A stretch of 64,000 nt of DNA, taken from positions 94,240,001 through 94,304,000 of the forward strand of contig OX597822.1 of the NCBI GenBank assembly GCA_951406725.2, given 5' to 3'. Origin of the DNA: Octopus vulgaris (lineage: Eukaryota). The notes below the pieces were generated by a model. The model did not search any database. It worked only from the letters and a program-made list of their open reading frames with translations, and was not told the origin of the DNA. Both the position numbers and the translations under genes were made by a program. How positions within the stretch are numbered: the stretch's first letter is position 1; each line of letters begins with the position of its first letter. Of the stretch, positions 24,560-36,831 are shown piece by piece.

Positions 24560-25225
24560 GGGCTTGTAGCAGAATCGTTAGCACACCGGACAAAATTCTT
24601 AGCGGCATTTCGTCCGTTTTTCCGTTCTGAGTTCAAATTCCGCCGTGGTTGACTTTGCCTTTTTCATCCTTTTTAAGTCAATAAAATAAGTACCAGTTGA
24701 ACACTGGGGTAGATGTAATTTATTTCTTTACTACCCACAAGGGGCTAAACACAGAGGGGACAAACAAGGACAGACAAACGGATTAAGTCGATTACATCGA
24801 CCCCAGTGCGAAATTGGTACTTTATTTATCGACCATGAAAGGATGAAAGGCAAAGTCGACCTCGGCGGAATTTGAACTCAGAACGTAACGACAGATGAAA
24901 TACCGCTAAGCATTTCGCCCGGCGCGCTAACGATTCTGCCAGCTCGCCGCCTTTACCTCGCTGGGGTAGATGTAATCAACTATCCAACTCTCTTCCAGAT
25001 TTTAGGCCTTGTGCCTATGATAGAAAGGATAATTAAATCGACGAACCGGCAGAATCATTAGTACGCCAGGCAAAATGCTTAGCGGTATTTCATCCGTCTT
25101 CACGTTCTGAGTCGAAGTCCTTTCGGGATCGATAAAATAAGTACCAGTTAAGCGCTAGAGTCCATGAAATTGACTCGTCACCCTATTCCCACAAATTTTC
25201 AGTTTCCTTAGCCTATAGTAGAAAA
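24560..25225. mobile_element. SINE-B cluster: young - copy (24720-24952) nested in old + copy, then another + copy
   Basis: TSD CTGGGGTAGATGTAAT at 24704-24719 and 24961-24976. Confidence 0.85.
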
Positions 25226-25310
25226 GAGAAGAATATTGTAATTCTTCAAACTCTAGATATGTTTTGGTTCTGAGGTGGTGAGGCTTCTAACTGTGAAAAT
25301 GTGATGTGAA

Positions 25311-25690
25311 AGCACTCCGTCGGTTACGACGATGAGGGTTCCGGTTGATCCGAATCAACGGAACAGCCTGCTCGTGAAATTAACGTGTAAGTGGCTGAGC
25401 ACTCCACAGACACGTGCACCCTTAACGTAGTTCTCGGGGATATTCAGCGTGACACAGAGAGTGACAAGGCCGGCACCTTGAAATACAGGTACAACAGAAA
25501 CAGGAAGTAAGAGTGAGAGAAAGTTGTGGTGAAAGAGTACAGCAGGGATCACCACCATCCCCTGCCGGAGCCTCGTGGAGCTTTTAGGTGTTTTCGCTCA
25601 ATAAACACTCACAACACCCGGTCTGGGAATCGAAACCGCGATCCTATGACCGCGAGTCCGCTGCCCTAACCACTGGGTCATTGCGCCTCC
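25311..25690 (-). mobile_element. SINE-C
   Basis: TSD ACTGTGAAAATGT at 25290-25302 and 25691-25703. Confidence 0.92.
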
Positions 25691-25826
25691 ACTGTGAAAA
25701 TGTATACATATGTTGTAAGAATATTTTAATGAGTTTTTTTCAGTAAGACCTATGTAGATTTTTGTTTAAGTTTTGTTTGCAAAGAAGATCTAAGCTATCA
25801 TTTGTTCTATAAACTAATATTAAGTA

Positions 25827-26265
25827 CTAGCGTGACCCGTGAATATTTCACGGAATTAATGGCAGACTTATTGGGTAATTTCTGAAAACTTTTTTCCAGA
25901 ATACCTGAAAGCGTAACCTGTGTTGTGCCTGTATAAAAAAGATAGTCACCCATCTGCTAATCATTGAAAAGTGAGGGAAATTGGAATACGATGATTACTT
26001 AAATGCACTTTATATACTTTATGTACAATTTTATAGACTTAATACACAGCACTATCTTTCTCTCTCACTCTTTGCTTCACCTTCTTTTTTCCCTTTCCTT
26101 TTTCTTTCGCTCTTCACCTTTTCATTTAACTAATCACGCGAACGACCGTTACAGACCGGCTAGGTAACGGAGAAAAAATACTTAGTTTTTTATATTTTTA
26201 AAAATATTTTACCTTTAGTTGAAAAAAAATCATGCATTTCACCCACCACCACCTCTCCCTCCCTT
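25827..26265 (-). mobile_element. Non-autonomous Helitron fragment (right boundary uncertain)
   Basis: CTAG at 25827-25830 next to hairpin CCGTGAA-TAT-TTCACGG. Confidence 0.55.
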
Positions 26266-26269
26266 CCAT

Positions 26270-26800
26270 CCGACGGGCTTCTTCCAGTTTCCGTCTACCA
26301 AATCCTCTCACAAGGCTTTGGTCAGTCCGAGGCTATAGTAGAAGACACTTACCCAAGGTGTCGCGCAGTGGGACTGAACCCGGAACCACACAACAACCTC
26401 CTGAGCCTGACTATTCATAATTAATATATTTTCTTTCATCCTACATAGACTGTGACCATGCTGGAGCGCTGCTTTTAAGAATTTTAGTCGAACGAATCGG
26501 CCCCAGTGCAAATTGTCTTGTACGCCTGGTACTTATTCTACCGGTCTCTTTTGCCGAACCGCTAAGTTACGGGGACGTAAACACAGTAACACCAGTTGTT
26601 AAGCAGTTGTGGGAGACACACGCATACGCAAAGAAATATACACGTAAGACAGGCTTCTTTCAGTTTTCCTCTACCAAATTCACTCACAAGGCTTCGGTTG
26701 GTCCGAGGCTATAGCGGAAGACACTTGTCCAAGGTACCACGCAGTAAGACAGAACCCCGAACCCTGTAATTGGGAAGCAGATTTCGTACCACTCAGGCAC
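26270..26800 (-). mobile_element. Two SINE-A copies (partial and diverged)
   Basis: Family match. Confidence 0.75.
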
Positions 26801-26939
26801 GTTGATGAAACACTTCCTAGCATCATCCATTCTATGACCAATTACAGTAAAAACTCAACTTGGCTTATCGAAATCTCTTTCGAATTGAGTCTAAGATGTA
26901 CAGTTCCACCAGTTCAAGAATCTCAATTCTATTGTTGTT

Positions 26940-27196
26940 CGTTCCTTCTCGAGCCATGCCTGGCTCATAAGGGCCGGTTTCCCGGTTTCTTGGCGTATAG
27001 GTTCCCCACCTGGACGGGACGCCGGTCCATCGCAGGTGAGCTGCAAGATGCAGGAGGAAAGAGTGAGAGAAAATTGTAGCGAAAGAGTCTGCAGAAGTTT
27101 CGCCATTACCTTCTGCCGGAGTCGCGTGGAGCTTAGGTGTTTCGCTCATCAACACACACACATCGCCCGATCTGAGATTCGAACTCGCGATCCCTC
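26940..27196 (-). mobile_element. SINE with SINE-C-like head and alternative tail
   Basis: Head GGAGCTTAGGTGTTTCGCTCA shared with SINE-C; tail GGCTCATAAGGGCCGGTTTCCCGG shared with 13748-13966. Confidence 0.75.
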
Positions 27197-27244
27197 CACC
27201 CAGTTCTATTGTATGATCTCATGATTACATTGAATAATTATTGG

Positions 27245-27387
27245 TCGTCCCCAGGACTTATTCATTGTAAGCCTAGTACTTATTCTATCGGGCTCCATTT
27301 ACCGAACTGCTAAGTTACGGGGACGTAAACACATCAGCATCGGTTGTCAAGCGATGTTGGGGGACAAAGACAGACACACAAACATAT

Positions 27388-27462
<75 letters not shown>

Positions 27463-27607
27463 TACGACGGGCTTCTTTCAGTTTCCGTCTACCAAATCCA
27501 CTCACAAGGCTTTTGGTCGGCCCGAGGCTATAGTAGAAGGCACTTGCCCAAGGTGCAACGCAGTGGGACTGAACCCAGAACCATGTAGCTCGTAAGCAAG
27601 CAACTTA
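27245..27607 (-). mobile_element. SINE-A (variant shared with 32427-32885)
   Basis: Family match with private substitutions. Confidence 0.85.
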
Positions 27608-27929
27608 AAAGGAATTGTCGCGAAATAGCAAAAATTTTCTTGCAGCATAATAAGATTCATGCCAGAATCATTAATTGGAACAAAATCTTTACCTATTTCT
27701 AAAACATTTTCCTCAAAAAGATTTACAGATACAGACAATTAAAACTCTATCGAAATACGTAAATTTTCAAAGGTGCTTATTATCTATATTTATTTATTTT
27801 ATTTTTTATTTTATCTAGTTTCAGCTCACGAGCTGTGGCCATGCTGGGGCACCGCCATTTATGTTACTGAACTACTTAATAACAGATAAGCTATCATTAC
27901 ATTAATGGCAGAGAAGTGATCCATTTAAT

Positions 27930-28373
27930 ATTGGTTTTAAATTTTGGCACAAGACTAGCAATTTGGGTGCAGAGGTAAGATGATTACATCGACCCCAATG
28001 CTTAACTGGTACTTATTTTGTCGACCTCGAGAGGATGAGAGGTAAAGTCAACCCCGGTTGCATTTGATCTCAGAATGTAAAGTCGAAAGAAATACCGCTG
28101 AGTATTTTGTCTTGCGTGGTAACGATTCTACCAGCTCGCCGCCAGTGACCTATTTAATATCGATTTCAGATTTTGGTACAAGGTCAGCAATTTCGGGGGA
28201 GGGGTAAGTTGATTACATTAATCCTCAGTACATGACTGGTACTTATTTTATCGATCCCAAAAGGATGAAATGCAAAGTTGACCTTGGTGGCATTAGACTC
28301 AGAACGTAAAAACGGGACGAAATGTCAATAAGCATTTTATCCGGTGCGGTAACGATTTTGCCAGCTCGCTGCT
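27930..28373 (-). mobile_element. Two old SINE-B copies in tandem
   Basis: Family match; a GACCTATTTAATAT-like sequence occurs at all three junctions. Confidence 0.75.
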
Positions 28374-28414
28374 TTATGACCTATTTAATATTAAAAAATT
28401 TAGAATCTAAAATA

Positions 28415-28988
28415 TTGGGTTGTCCGGAAAGTTTGTGCCGATTTATAGTAGCTTACCTTTCGACTTATTTTAGAACATTTTAGAGTCCTTAAAATAGGAT
28501 TTGACTACACATCCATTTAGAGCACAGTTTAAGCTATCTTTTTGTGGAAGAAGGTTAATGTTCCTATAACCTGTGTTAATTCTGTAACCCTTTAAAATGG
28601 AAGATAAGTAAATTCATTTTCGGCACTTGATGCTTTTCTTTTTCCGTAAAGGGAAAAATGCATCACAAGCAACCAAAGAAATATGCGCAGTTTACGGTGA
28701 TGTTTCTTTATCCGAAAGAACTGTACAAAAGTGGTTCGCAAGGTTCCGAGCTGGAGATTGTAGCCTTATTGATAAAGAGCGATCGGGCAGACCATTCACT
28801 ACAGATGATGACCAAATCAAGTCATTAATTGGGAATAACCCACATTGCACAACCCGAGAATTGGCAGAAAGCCTCAACCTGTCAAAATCCGTCGTTCATG
28901 AGCACCTGGTAAAGCCTGGGTAATAGCAAGTATTTATCGACCTTTTTCTTTCCTTTAAAAATCGGCACAAACTTTCCGGACAACCCAA
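28415..28988 (+). mobile_element. Mariner element, internally deleted (HTH region only)
   Basis: Perfect ~30-bp TIR TTGGGTTGTCCGGAAAGTTTGTGCCGATTT; TA TSD; KGKNASQATKEICAVYG..TVQKWFARFRAG..RSGRP..TTRELA. Confidence 0.92.
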
Positions 28989-29363
28989 TATTTTTACTAA
29001 CTATACCCATTTTATTTTCTCTGGGAGTTATTAATTTGCACTTATGATCGGTAAGAAGATTAAGTTTGGGATCTGTAAAAGTAATATAAAGGCTTACGTA
29101 AAGCAAATGTTTGTATTTTATTGTCTAATCTTTAATACGCCTTGAAATTTATTGAATTTTTTTGAAACTTACACTTCATATCATATTAGCAACAAATCAA
29201 ATTTCATAGGCTAATTATATTTCGACATATTTATAAATATATTGATATATTCTTTATATATTGTCATGCTACTCCCTTTAATGTTTTTGAATAACCAGCC
29301 ACGGGAAACTCAGATTTACGATTCAAGGAAATTCAATTTCTGAAATAAAATATACAAACTCTA

Positions 29364-30204
29364 TCTCTCTATATATAAACGGCAGTTTGTCTGTCTGTGT
29401 GTCTGTGTGTCTGTCAGGTTGTACCCTCACCCTGACCACGGCTTTCAACCGATTCTGATGAAACTTGACACACACATAGCCCAATGTCATAATTCAAAAC
29501 TAACGCAGCGAAAATTTTGAAAAGTTCCCTCAGTTCTGAAAAAAAATCGATAAATTCGACATGGGTCGAGAATCTAAGCTTTTTATATGCAACACATTTT
29601 CTACAGACTGTCTAGGGGACGCAACTCGACCTTTTTAACTCTCGGAACACGTGGGGTAAGTATCCAAAAATGTATAAAAACGTACAAAAACGGCAAAAAA
29701 GCGGGCAGCAATGTGAGTGACAACAACGAAAAAGTCAAAAGTGACCAAACTGAACAAACGAATGGAAAAGGTTTTTTGATGCACACGACAAAAGCGGTTT
29801 ATAATAAACCAAGAGTTTGCAAGTAGCGTCCGAGGACCCTTAGGGTACATCAAAAATTTAAGGTGAAACGTTTGGGGTGGTAGTTATAAAGAAAGTGTAA
29901 ACAAAAAAAGTATTCGAATAACTTGCGGCTGCAGCAGCTATTAGCAGAAGTGGCGCTGTTGGGGGTAAAGTCTCGAATGTAATTTCTTCCTGGTAGGAAT
30001 TGGTTGGGTTGAATTATCGATAGCTGTTTGTTATTTGGGAGTGAAGAGAAGACATTGTTATTTGATAGTTATTTGGGAGTGAAGAGAAGACATTGCAACC
30101 TACACATGCGCCTTCGTTCCCTAGAGGGAAAGGACTAGATTGGGATTAGTCGTTGCCTACTAGGGGCTCTTACATACCCGAGCAACGCCGGGCTATGCTG
30201 CTAG
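29364..30204 (+). mobile_element. Non-autonomous Helitron with cargo
   Basis: A|TC start; CCCGAGCAACGCCGGG hairpin; CTAG|T end. Confidence 0.85.
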
Positions 30205-30696
30205 TACTATATAAGGCGCATGTTTTCATTTGTTTGTAAACATAATCGTTCTCAAATTAATTTCTCAATTTGTTGAGCACTGTCCATAGACAAAGTTATG
30301 AAAGCTAAAATGGAGTAAAACTCCCGAAATTTTCTGCAAAGAAGGTTTCGATAACAACTAAAAAAAGAGGAACATTAAATACAGGCTCTTTTTTCTTAAA
30401 GTGCCAATAAGTAAAATATAGACATTTTCTGGAAACGCTATATTTCTGAGCTTTGTCAATGGAAAGTCAGTATAGGAGAATAGAGATTGAGGCATTCATA
30501 CCTTTCCAAAGGGCATTGATGGAAATAAATAAAACGACTACAAAGATTTTATTTATCAAGGTTTTATTTTCTGCTGTAAGTAGCGATCACGGCACCAGAT
30601 CATATCCTAAGAATAGTTCAATAATGTGCGAATTGAAGGAGGCTGATCGATAAAACCCTTTCCTACAACATCAAGCATTGTCGCTAATTTAGAAAT

Positions 30697-31320
30697 CTGA
30701 CGAACTGGCAGAATCGTTGGAGCGTCGGAAAAAAATGCTCTTTATGCTCTGAGTTCAAATCATGCCGAGATTAACTTTGCTGTTTATCCTTCGTGGGGTT
30801 GATAAAATGAAGCATCTCGCACGTACTTGAGTTGACTGTTTCAACCTTCTCAAAATTCCAACCCTTGTTCATAGATTGGCAGAATCGTTAGTGCGTCAGA
30901 AACATGCTTTTTGGTATTTCTTCTGGCTTTTTACATACCGAGTTCAAACCATGCCGTGGTCAACTTAGCTTTTAATCTCCTCGGAAGCAATATAATGAAG
31001 TATCAGTCAAATACTGGGATCAATGGTATCGACTAACCCTTCTCCTCAAAATTGTTGGTTTTGTACTTAAGCCAGAAAACAAAATGAGAAAGCATTATTA
31101 TCGCTTAAAAGAATGCAGCGAGCTGGCAGAGTCGTTAAGTTCGTTAGGCAAAATGCTTAGCGGCATTTCTTCTAGTACTTTACATTTTCCGTTCAAATTC
31201 CGCAGAGGTCGAGTTTGCTTGTCGGGTCGATAAATAAATAACAGTTTCGCACTGGGGTCGATGTAATTGACTAGTCCCCTCCCTCACAATTTCAAACCTT
31301 GCGCCTATAGTATAAAGGGT
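30697..31320 (+). mobile_element. Three old SINE-B copies in tandem
   Basis: Diverged family matches. Confidence 0.7.
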
Positions 31321-32346
31321 TTAACATCGTTTAAATGGAGGGTGGCAGAAGACAGAAATCGATAGGGAACCAGACGAAAAGTAGAACAATTTATGTATGC
31401 ATTCTTTTATGTTTCAGTTAAAATCTCGGTAAGGTCAAATTTGTTTCATTTTTCTTACTCTTTCATTGATAGATAGTGGTGGTGGTGGGGGTAATATAAT
31501 AAAGCAATAGTCAACGAAATGAGGTCGATTATACTGATTGTAACCCATATGTGGCCTTGTACCTAATTTGGAAATCAATAGATTTGTTGAAACCAAAACA
31601 AACAAAAGCCACAAAGCTAAATATCTAAACAGACGGATAAAAGAAATGCGTAAAAAAAAAAAAGGAAGAGGAAAGAAAGAACGAAGGAACGAATGAATGA
31701 ATGAATGAGCTAAAGGAAATCAACAAGAAGGAATTAAAGGGATGAGAGAGGCGAGTTTTATAGAAGAAACGAAATGACAATAATGTTATAAAATAATTAT
31801 TTTTTGATTCTTTGATTTTTGTTAAAGACATCAATTCTGGTTAATTGAAAGAACTATAATTGTTGGTAGGAGGAAAAAAAAAAAAAGAAGAGACGAATAG
31901 AAGAACACACACGCAAAAAAGCAGAAGTTGGAAATGGGAAGAGGCTAAGTAAAGAGGTGAAAGATGGCAAAGAAGATGAGGAACAGAAAAGAGAGGTAAA
32001 CATTTAGTTCAGCGGTTATATTGATCTGCGAATATTTCGAAATCAATAGAGATACGCCAGTGACCAACTAAAAGAATTGCTAAAGAACCTTCCAGTTTTA
32101 TTGATTTATATTTATTTATTTATTTATTTATTTATTATTATTCTTTTTTTTTTTTTTTTTTTGGTTATTTGATAATATATATCGGTTAATTTGAGGAGGA
32201 GCAGCGCCCATTGTCTTTTTCAGAGAACAGAGTATAAGAGAATGAGAGTGGTTTGTAGAAAGAGTGGGAGGAGGATGAGTTAATCTGGTTACTGTTTAGT
32301 TGGAAATTCTTGAAAGGAAAGCATTTGGCGTGGGGGGTAGGGGGAG

Positions 32347-32388
<42 letters not shown>

Positions 32389-32426
32389 AAGAAAGGGAGA
32401 TGGAGCAGTGGTTCCCAAATGGTGTG

Positions 32427-32646
32427 CTCTTTTACTTGTTTCAGTCATTTGACTGCGGCCATGCTGGAGCACCGCCTTTAGTCGAGCAAATCGACCCCAG
32501 GACTTATTCATTGTAAGCCTAGTACTTATTCTATCGGGCTCCATTTACCGAACTGCTAAGTTACGGGGACGTAAACACATCAGCATCGGTTGTCAAGCGA
32601 TGCTGGGGGACAAAGACAGATACACAAACATATACACACACATTCA

Positions 32647-32732
<86 letters not shown>

Positions 32733-32885
32733 TACGACGGGCTTCTTTCAGTTTCCGTCTACCAAATCCACTCACAAGGTTTTGGTCGGCCCGAGGCTAT
32801 AGTAGAAGGCACTTGCCCAAGGTGCAACGCAGTGGGCCTGAACCCACAACCATGTAGCTCGTAAGCAAGCAACTTACCACACAGC
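32427..32885 (-). mobile_element. SINE-A
   Basis: Family match. Confidence 0.9.
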
Positions 32886-33019
32886 GGTGTCTTTTTTTTT
32901 TTTTTTTTTCGAAGTGTAGGAAGACAAAACCTTTTTTTTTCATGTGTCTCGTAGCTATGTGACGTCCACGATAATCTATAAACAACTTTACTGAATGTCT
33001 CTCATGCTTTACAAAAGAA

Positions 33020-33197
33020 TTAGCAGTGGCACCCGGCGTTGCCCGGATGTCCCTTCCACGCCATCTATATGTATGCATGCACACACGTACACATATATAC
33101 ACGCGCACACAGACATATACACACGATCTAAATAAATATACATTTTTATACGTATGTGTAGTGTGCATAAGTATATAAATATATACATAAACGTATT

Positions 33198-33237
<40 letters not shown>

Positions 33238-33284
33238 TCTTTTACTTGTTTCAGTCATTTGACTGCGGCCATGCTGGACACCGC

Positions 33285-33330
<46 letters not shown>

Positions 33331-33502
33331 CCACAAAAGGGAGAGGAATAGCGAGAAAATAAGAGAGAGGGAAGAGGGGGAGAAAGAGAGAGAGAGGGAG
33401 GTACATACATTTCTTTCCGACTTAAACTTTGGAAACAAATAAATTTGATATATAACACTTAAAGTTACACGGGAGAGACAGAAGAAATTAGTTCTCTTAG
33501 GA
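33020..33502 (-). mobile_element. Probable non-autonomous Helitron (contains a SINE-A tail at 33237-33287)
   Basis: Minus strand CCGGGCAACGCCGGG hairpin + CTAA; putative A|TC start at 33502. Confidence 0.5.
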
Positions 33503-33505
33503 TAA

Positions 33506-34022
33506 TCTATATATATATAAAACTGTAGTTGTGTGAGTGTCTGTCCCCTTCGATTTAGATTCCTAACTACTCCCACATTTTGCGGTGCAGTTTAACCAAA
33601 TTCGTGTATCTTATAGTCGTGATTCATATCAAGCCCGTCTGAGTATTAGCGCGCGTCTACGATGAGTCTACGATTTTAAAAATAATTTAACATCATTTTT
33701 TATTCCATTTTAATGCATAAAATGCATCGTGTGTCGATGGCGGCGGAGTTGGCGTCCATGGTCACACCTGCACCTGTTTGCTTCTCCCCCTTCTTCCCTC
33801 CCTCGTGAAGCTGTGGGGAAGGGAGTGTAAGGAAATCAACGTCGTAAAGCGTTGTCAAGGAGACCAGCGTTCTTTTAGAACAACGACTTCATGGCTTGAA
33901 GACACCAAAACAGAAATGGCTAAGAAAGCCCGAATTGGCTTCTATAAGGGAAGTAACTCTCTAAAAATGCTTATATAGTTATTTCCCTTACAAATCCGAG
34001 CAACGCCGGGCGATACTGCTAG
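33506..34022 (+). mobile_element. Non-autonomous Helitron
   Basis: A|TC...hairpin...CTAG|T; near-identical to 63207-63723. Confidence 0.9.
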
Positions 34023-34203
34023 TGTAGAATAAATACTCTTTTTTTCAAATCGTTTTCATTTACAAATATATGTAAATTTTGTATGTAAATTTTTAAACAC
34101 ACATTCTCTGACTGAAGTGTGTGTATTTGGTACGTATGTATTGTAATGTGTCTAAGCCCTATAAGTACGTATGTGTATATCTATTTTTGTTTGTATATCT
34201 GTA

Positions 34204-34600
34204 CTAGCAGTATCGCCCGGCGTTGCTCGGGTTTGTAAGGGAAATAACTATATAAGCATTTTTAGAGAGTTATAGCCAAAAAATAGCAAAAAATGCATTA
34301 AAAATGGAAAAAAAATTATGGTAAATTTTTTAAAAAATCGTTGACTTCATCGTAGACATTTTTAGAGAGTTACTTCCCTTATATAATAGCGAAAAAATGC
34401 ATTAAAACGGAAACAAATGATGGTAATTTTTTTTAAAAGCGTAGTCTCATCGTAGACGCGCGCTAATACCCAGAAGGGCTCGATATGAATCACGACTATA
34501 AGATACCCGGTTTTGGTTAAACTGCACCGCAAAATGTGGGAGTAGTTAGGAATCTAAATCGTAGGAGACAGACACACGACCTTACTTTTATATATAAAGA
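34204..34600 (-). mobile_element. Non-autonomous Helitron
   Basis: Same 3' hairpin/CTAG; A|TC start. Confidence 0.88.
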
Positions 34601-35047
34601 TTTCCCTTCAGTCCGCTCACGTTTACTTATTGTCTGTTTGCCATAATTTGAGGGAGGTTTCTTTTCCTTGTTGATAAATATGAGAAAAGGGCGGCGGAAT
34701 CTATTTTGAATGTTCCACGAACCACAAATGTACTGGAAATTATTTAATGCAAAAAGGCATATGATTAAAAGTACACTCATCGAAACATTTCGTTCCCACT
34801 CTATACGGTTTTCGTAAATATACATGAATGCACAACCAGACAGACAACTGAATGTTAGTAATATAAAGATGGCCGCCAGGTTAGAAAAATAGCACTGCAA
34901 TTCTAACATTATTTTGTTCTTATGACTTAGACAAGAAAGGGCTGTGTCCATGACCATTTTGGGGACTTAAGAGACTGGTAAAGGAAGGGAAAAATCATGT
35001 TCATACGGGAGACGTAAACGAAATTTTTGCAACAGAGTGCAAACGGT

Positions 35048-35895
35048 GGATCTTTTCCTTTTGAACGGCACTTTTCAACACAATCTCTAGTTAACTAAAC
35101 ACTTTTAAACTTCGTATACTGGTAGAATGTATTTATATAACATCATTTTTTCTTGGCTTTATTGAGTAAATTCTATAGTTTGTAAGATATTTCGTCTGAA
35201 ATTTCGAGCATTTCGGCAATTTTAACCAATCGCTGGAGTCCATTTAGGTAAACAACATTCCGTGCTGAATATGTCCCTCCTTTAAGAAACAGAATGGGTT
35301 TATTTACATTTGTGAAGAAAAAAGATACCCTTCCCCAACCCCTAACCCCTAACCCTAACCCTAACTCTAACCCTAACCCTAAATCACCCTAAATTAAAAT
35401 AGATTGAAATGCAATAGATCGATACTAGGGCCATAATTATGGGTGACAATTTCATACGACACCGCTACGGAAAATGGGATTTTTTTCTAGCGGTGTCAAA
35501 TGAAAATGTCACCCATAATTATGGTCCTAGTATCGATCTATTGCATTTCAATCTATTTTAGATTTAGGGTTAGGGTTAGTTAGGGTTAGGGTTAGGGGTT
35601 GGGGAAGGGTATCTTTTTTTCTTCACAAATGTAAATAAACCCAATCTGTTTCTTAAAGGAGTGACATATTCATAGAGCACGGAATGTTGTTTACCTAAAT
35701 GGACTCCAGCGATTGGTTAAAATTGCCGAAATGCTCGGAATTTCAGACGAAATATCTTACAAACTATAGAATTTTCTCAATAAAGCCAAGAAAAAAATGA
35801 TGTTTTATAAACACATTCTACCAGTATACGAAGTTTAAAAGTGTTTAGTTAACTAGAAATTATGTTACAAAGTGCCGTTCAAAAGGAAAAGACCC
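35048..35895. mobile_element. Foldback (palindromic dimer) derivative of the TTAGGG-MITE
   Basis: Two ~420-bp inverted arms centred near 35475; single TSD CAAACGGT at 35040-35047 and 35896-35903; CCCTAA and TTAGGG tracts. Confidence 0.9.
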
Positions 35896-36107
35896 CAAAC
35901 GGTATTCAATGGTAGCCAAGAGCCAGGCAGTGGTGTTAAAGTAGGCGATGGATAAAGTCTATCAACGATAAGACAGTGAATGTTAGAATTTACAGAATGC
36001 AAGAAAAATATACCAGGTATTATTTAGTTATCCTTTTTATTCTGAGTTCCAATCTTACTGAAGTCGAAATTTCCTTAATTTATCAAAGAGTCAATAATAA
36101 TACTAAG

Positions 36108-36331
36108 CCTTCTATTTTAGATACAAGGCCTGAAGTTTTGGTGGAAGGGGCTAGCCGATTACATCGACCCCCAGTACGCAACTGCTACTTATTTCATCTA
36201 TCTTTTGCACATCCAATTCCGGCAAAGGCAAAGTCGACCTCGGCGGAATTTGAACCCAGAACGTAAAATGCCGCAAGAAGTAGCGCTAAGAATTTTGTCT
36301 GGCGTTAACAGTTCTACTCGCACGTCGCCTT
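36108..36331 (-). mobile_element. Old SINE-B
   Basis: Family match. Confidence 0.7.
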
Positions 36332-36535
36332 AATGAATAAAAAATAAGAATAACAACAACTGAAAATGTTTGATTTATTTGTGACTAAGAATCCATTGAC
36401 ACACAAGGTAGTAAAACGGACAAACGTGTTGAGATGGACACCACATAGAATAATAAAAGAACAGAGGATGGACTTTATTCTCTAGCATGTTAAAATTTTT
36501 CACATATATTAAAGAAAACACCTAGTACGTATTCG

Positions 36536-36571
<36 letters not shown>

Positions 36572-36574
<3 letters not shown>

Positions 36575-36763
36575 CTTGTTTCAGTCATTTGACTGCGGCC
36601 ATGCTGGAGCACCGCCTTTAATCGAGCAACTCGACCCCGGGACTTATTCTTTGTAAGCCCAGTACTTATTCTATTGGTCTCTTTTGCCGAACCGCTAGCT
36701 GAAGGGGACATAAACACACCAGCATCGGTTGTCAAGCAATGCTAGGGGCACAAACACAAACAT

Positions 36764-36830
<67 letters not shown>
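36572..36830 (-). mobile_element. SINE-A 3' half plus (CA)n
   Basis: Family match; adjoins a Helitron at its microsatellite. Confidence 0.85.

Positions 36831-36831
<1 letters not shown>

Noticed and set aside
29450-29470. CTGATGAAAC hammerhead-like motif in Helitrons; CTGAAGA in family D
   Set aside because: No helix II followed by GAAA and a cleavage triplet
33778-33978. Repeated 66-83 aa ORF (also at 63428)
   Set aside because: Conserved only because the Helitron copies are recent; no coding evidence
35337-35605. Telomere fusion or chromosome end (opposed CCCTAA/TTAGGG tracts)
   Set aside because: Tracts are short and lie inside a TSD-bounded transposon
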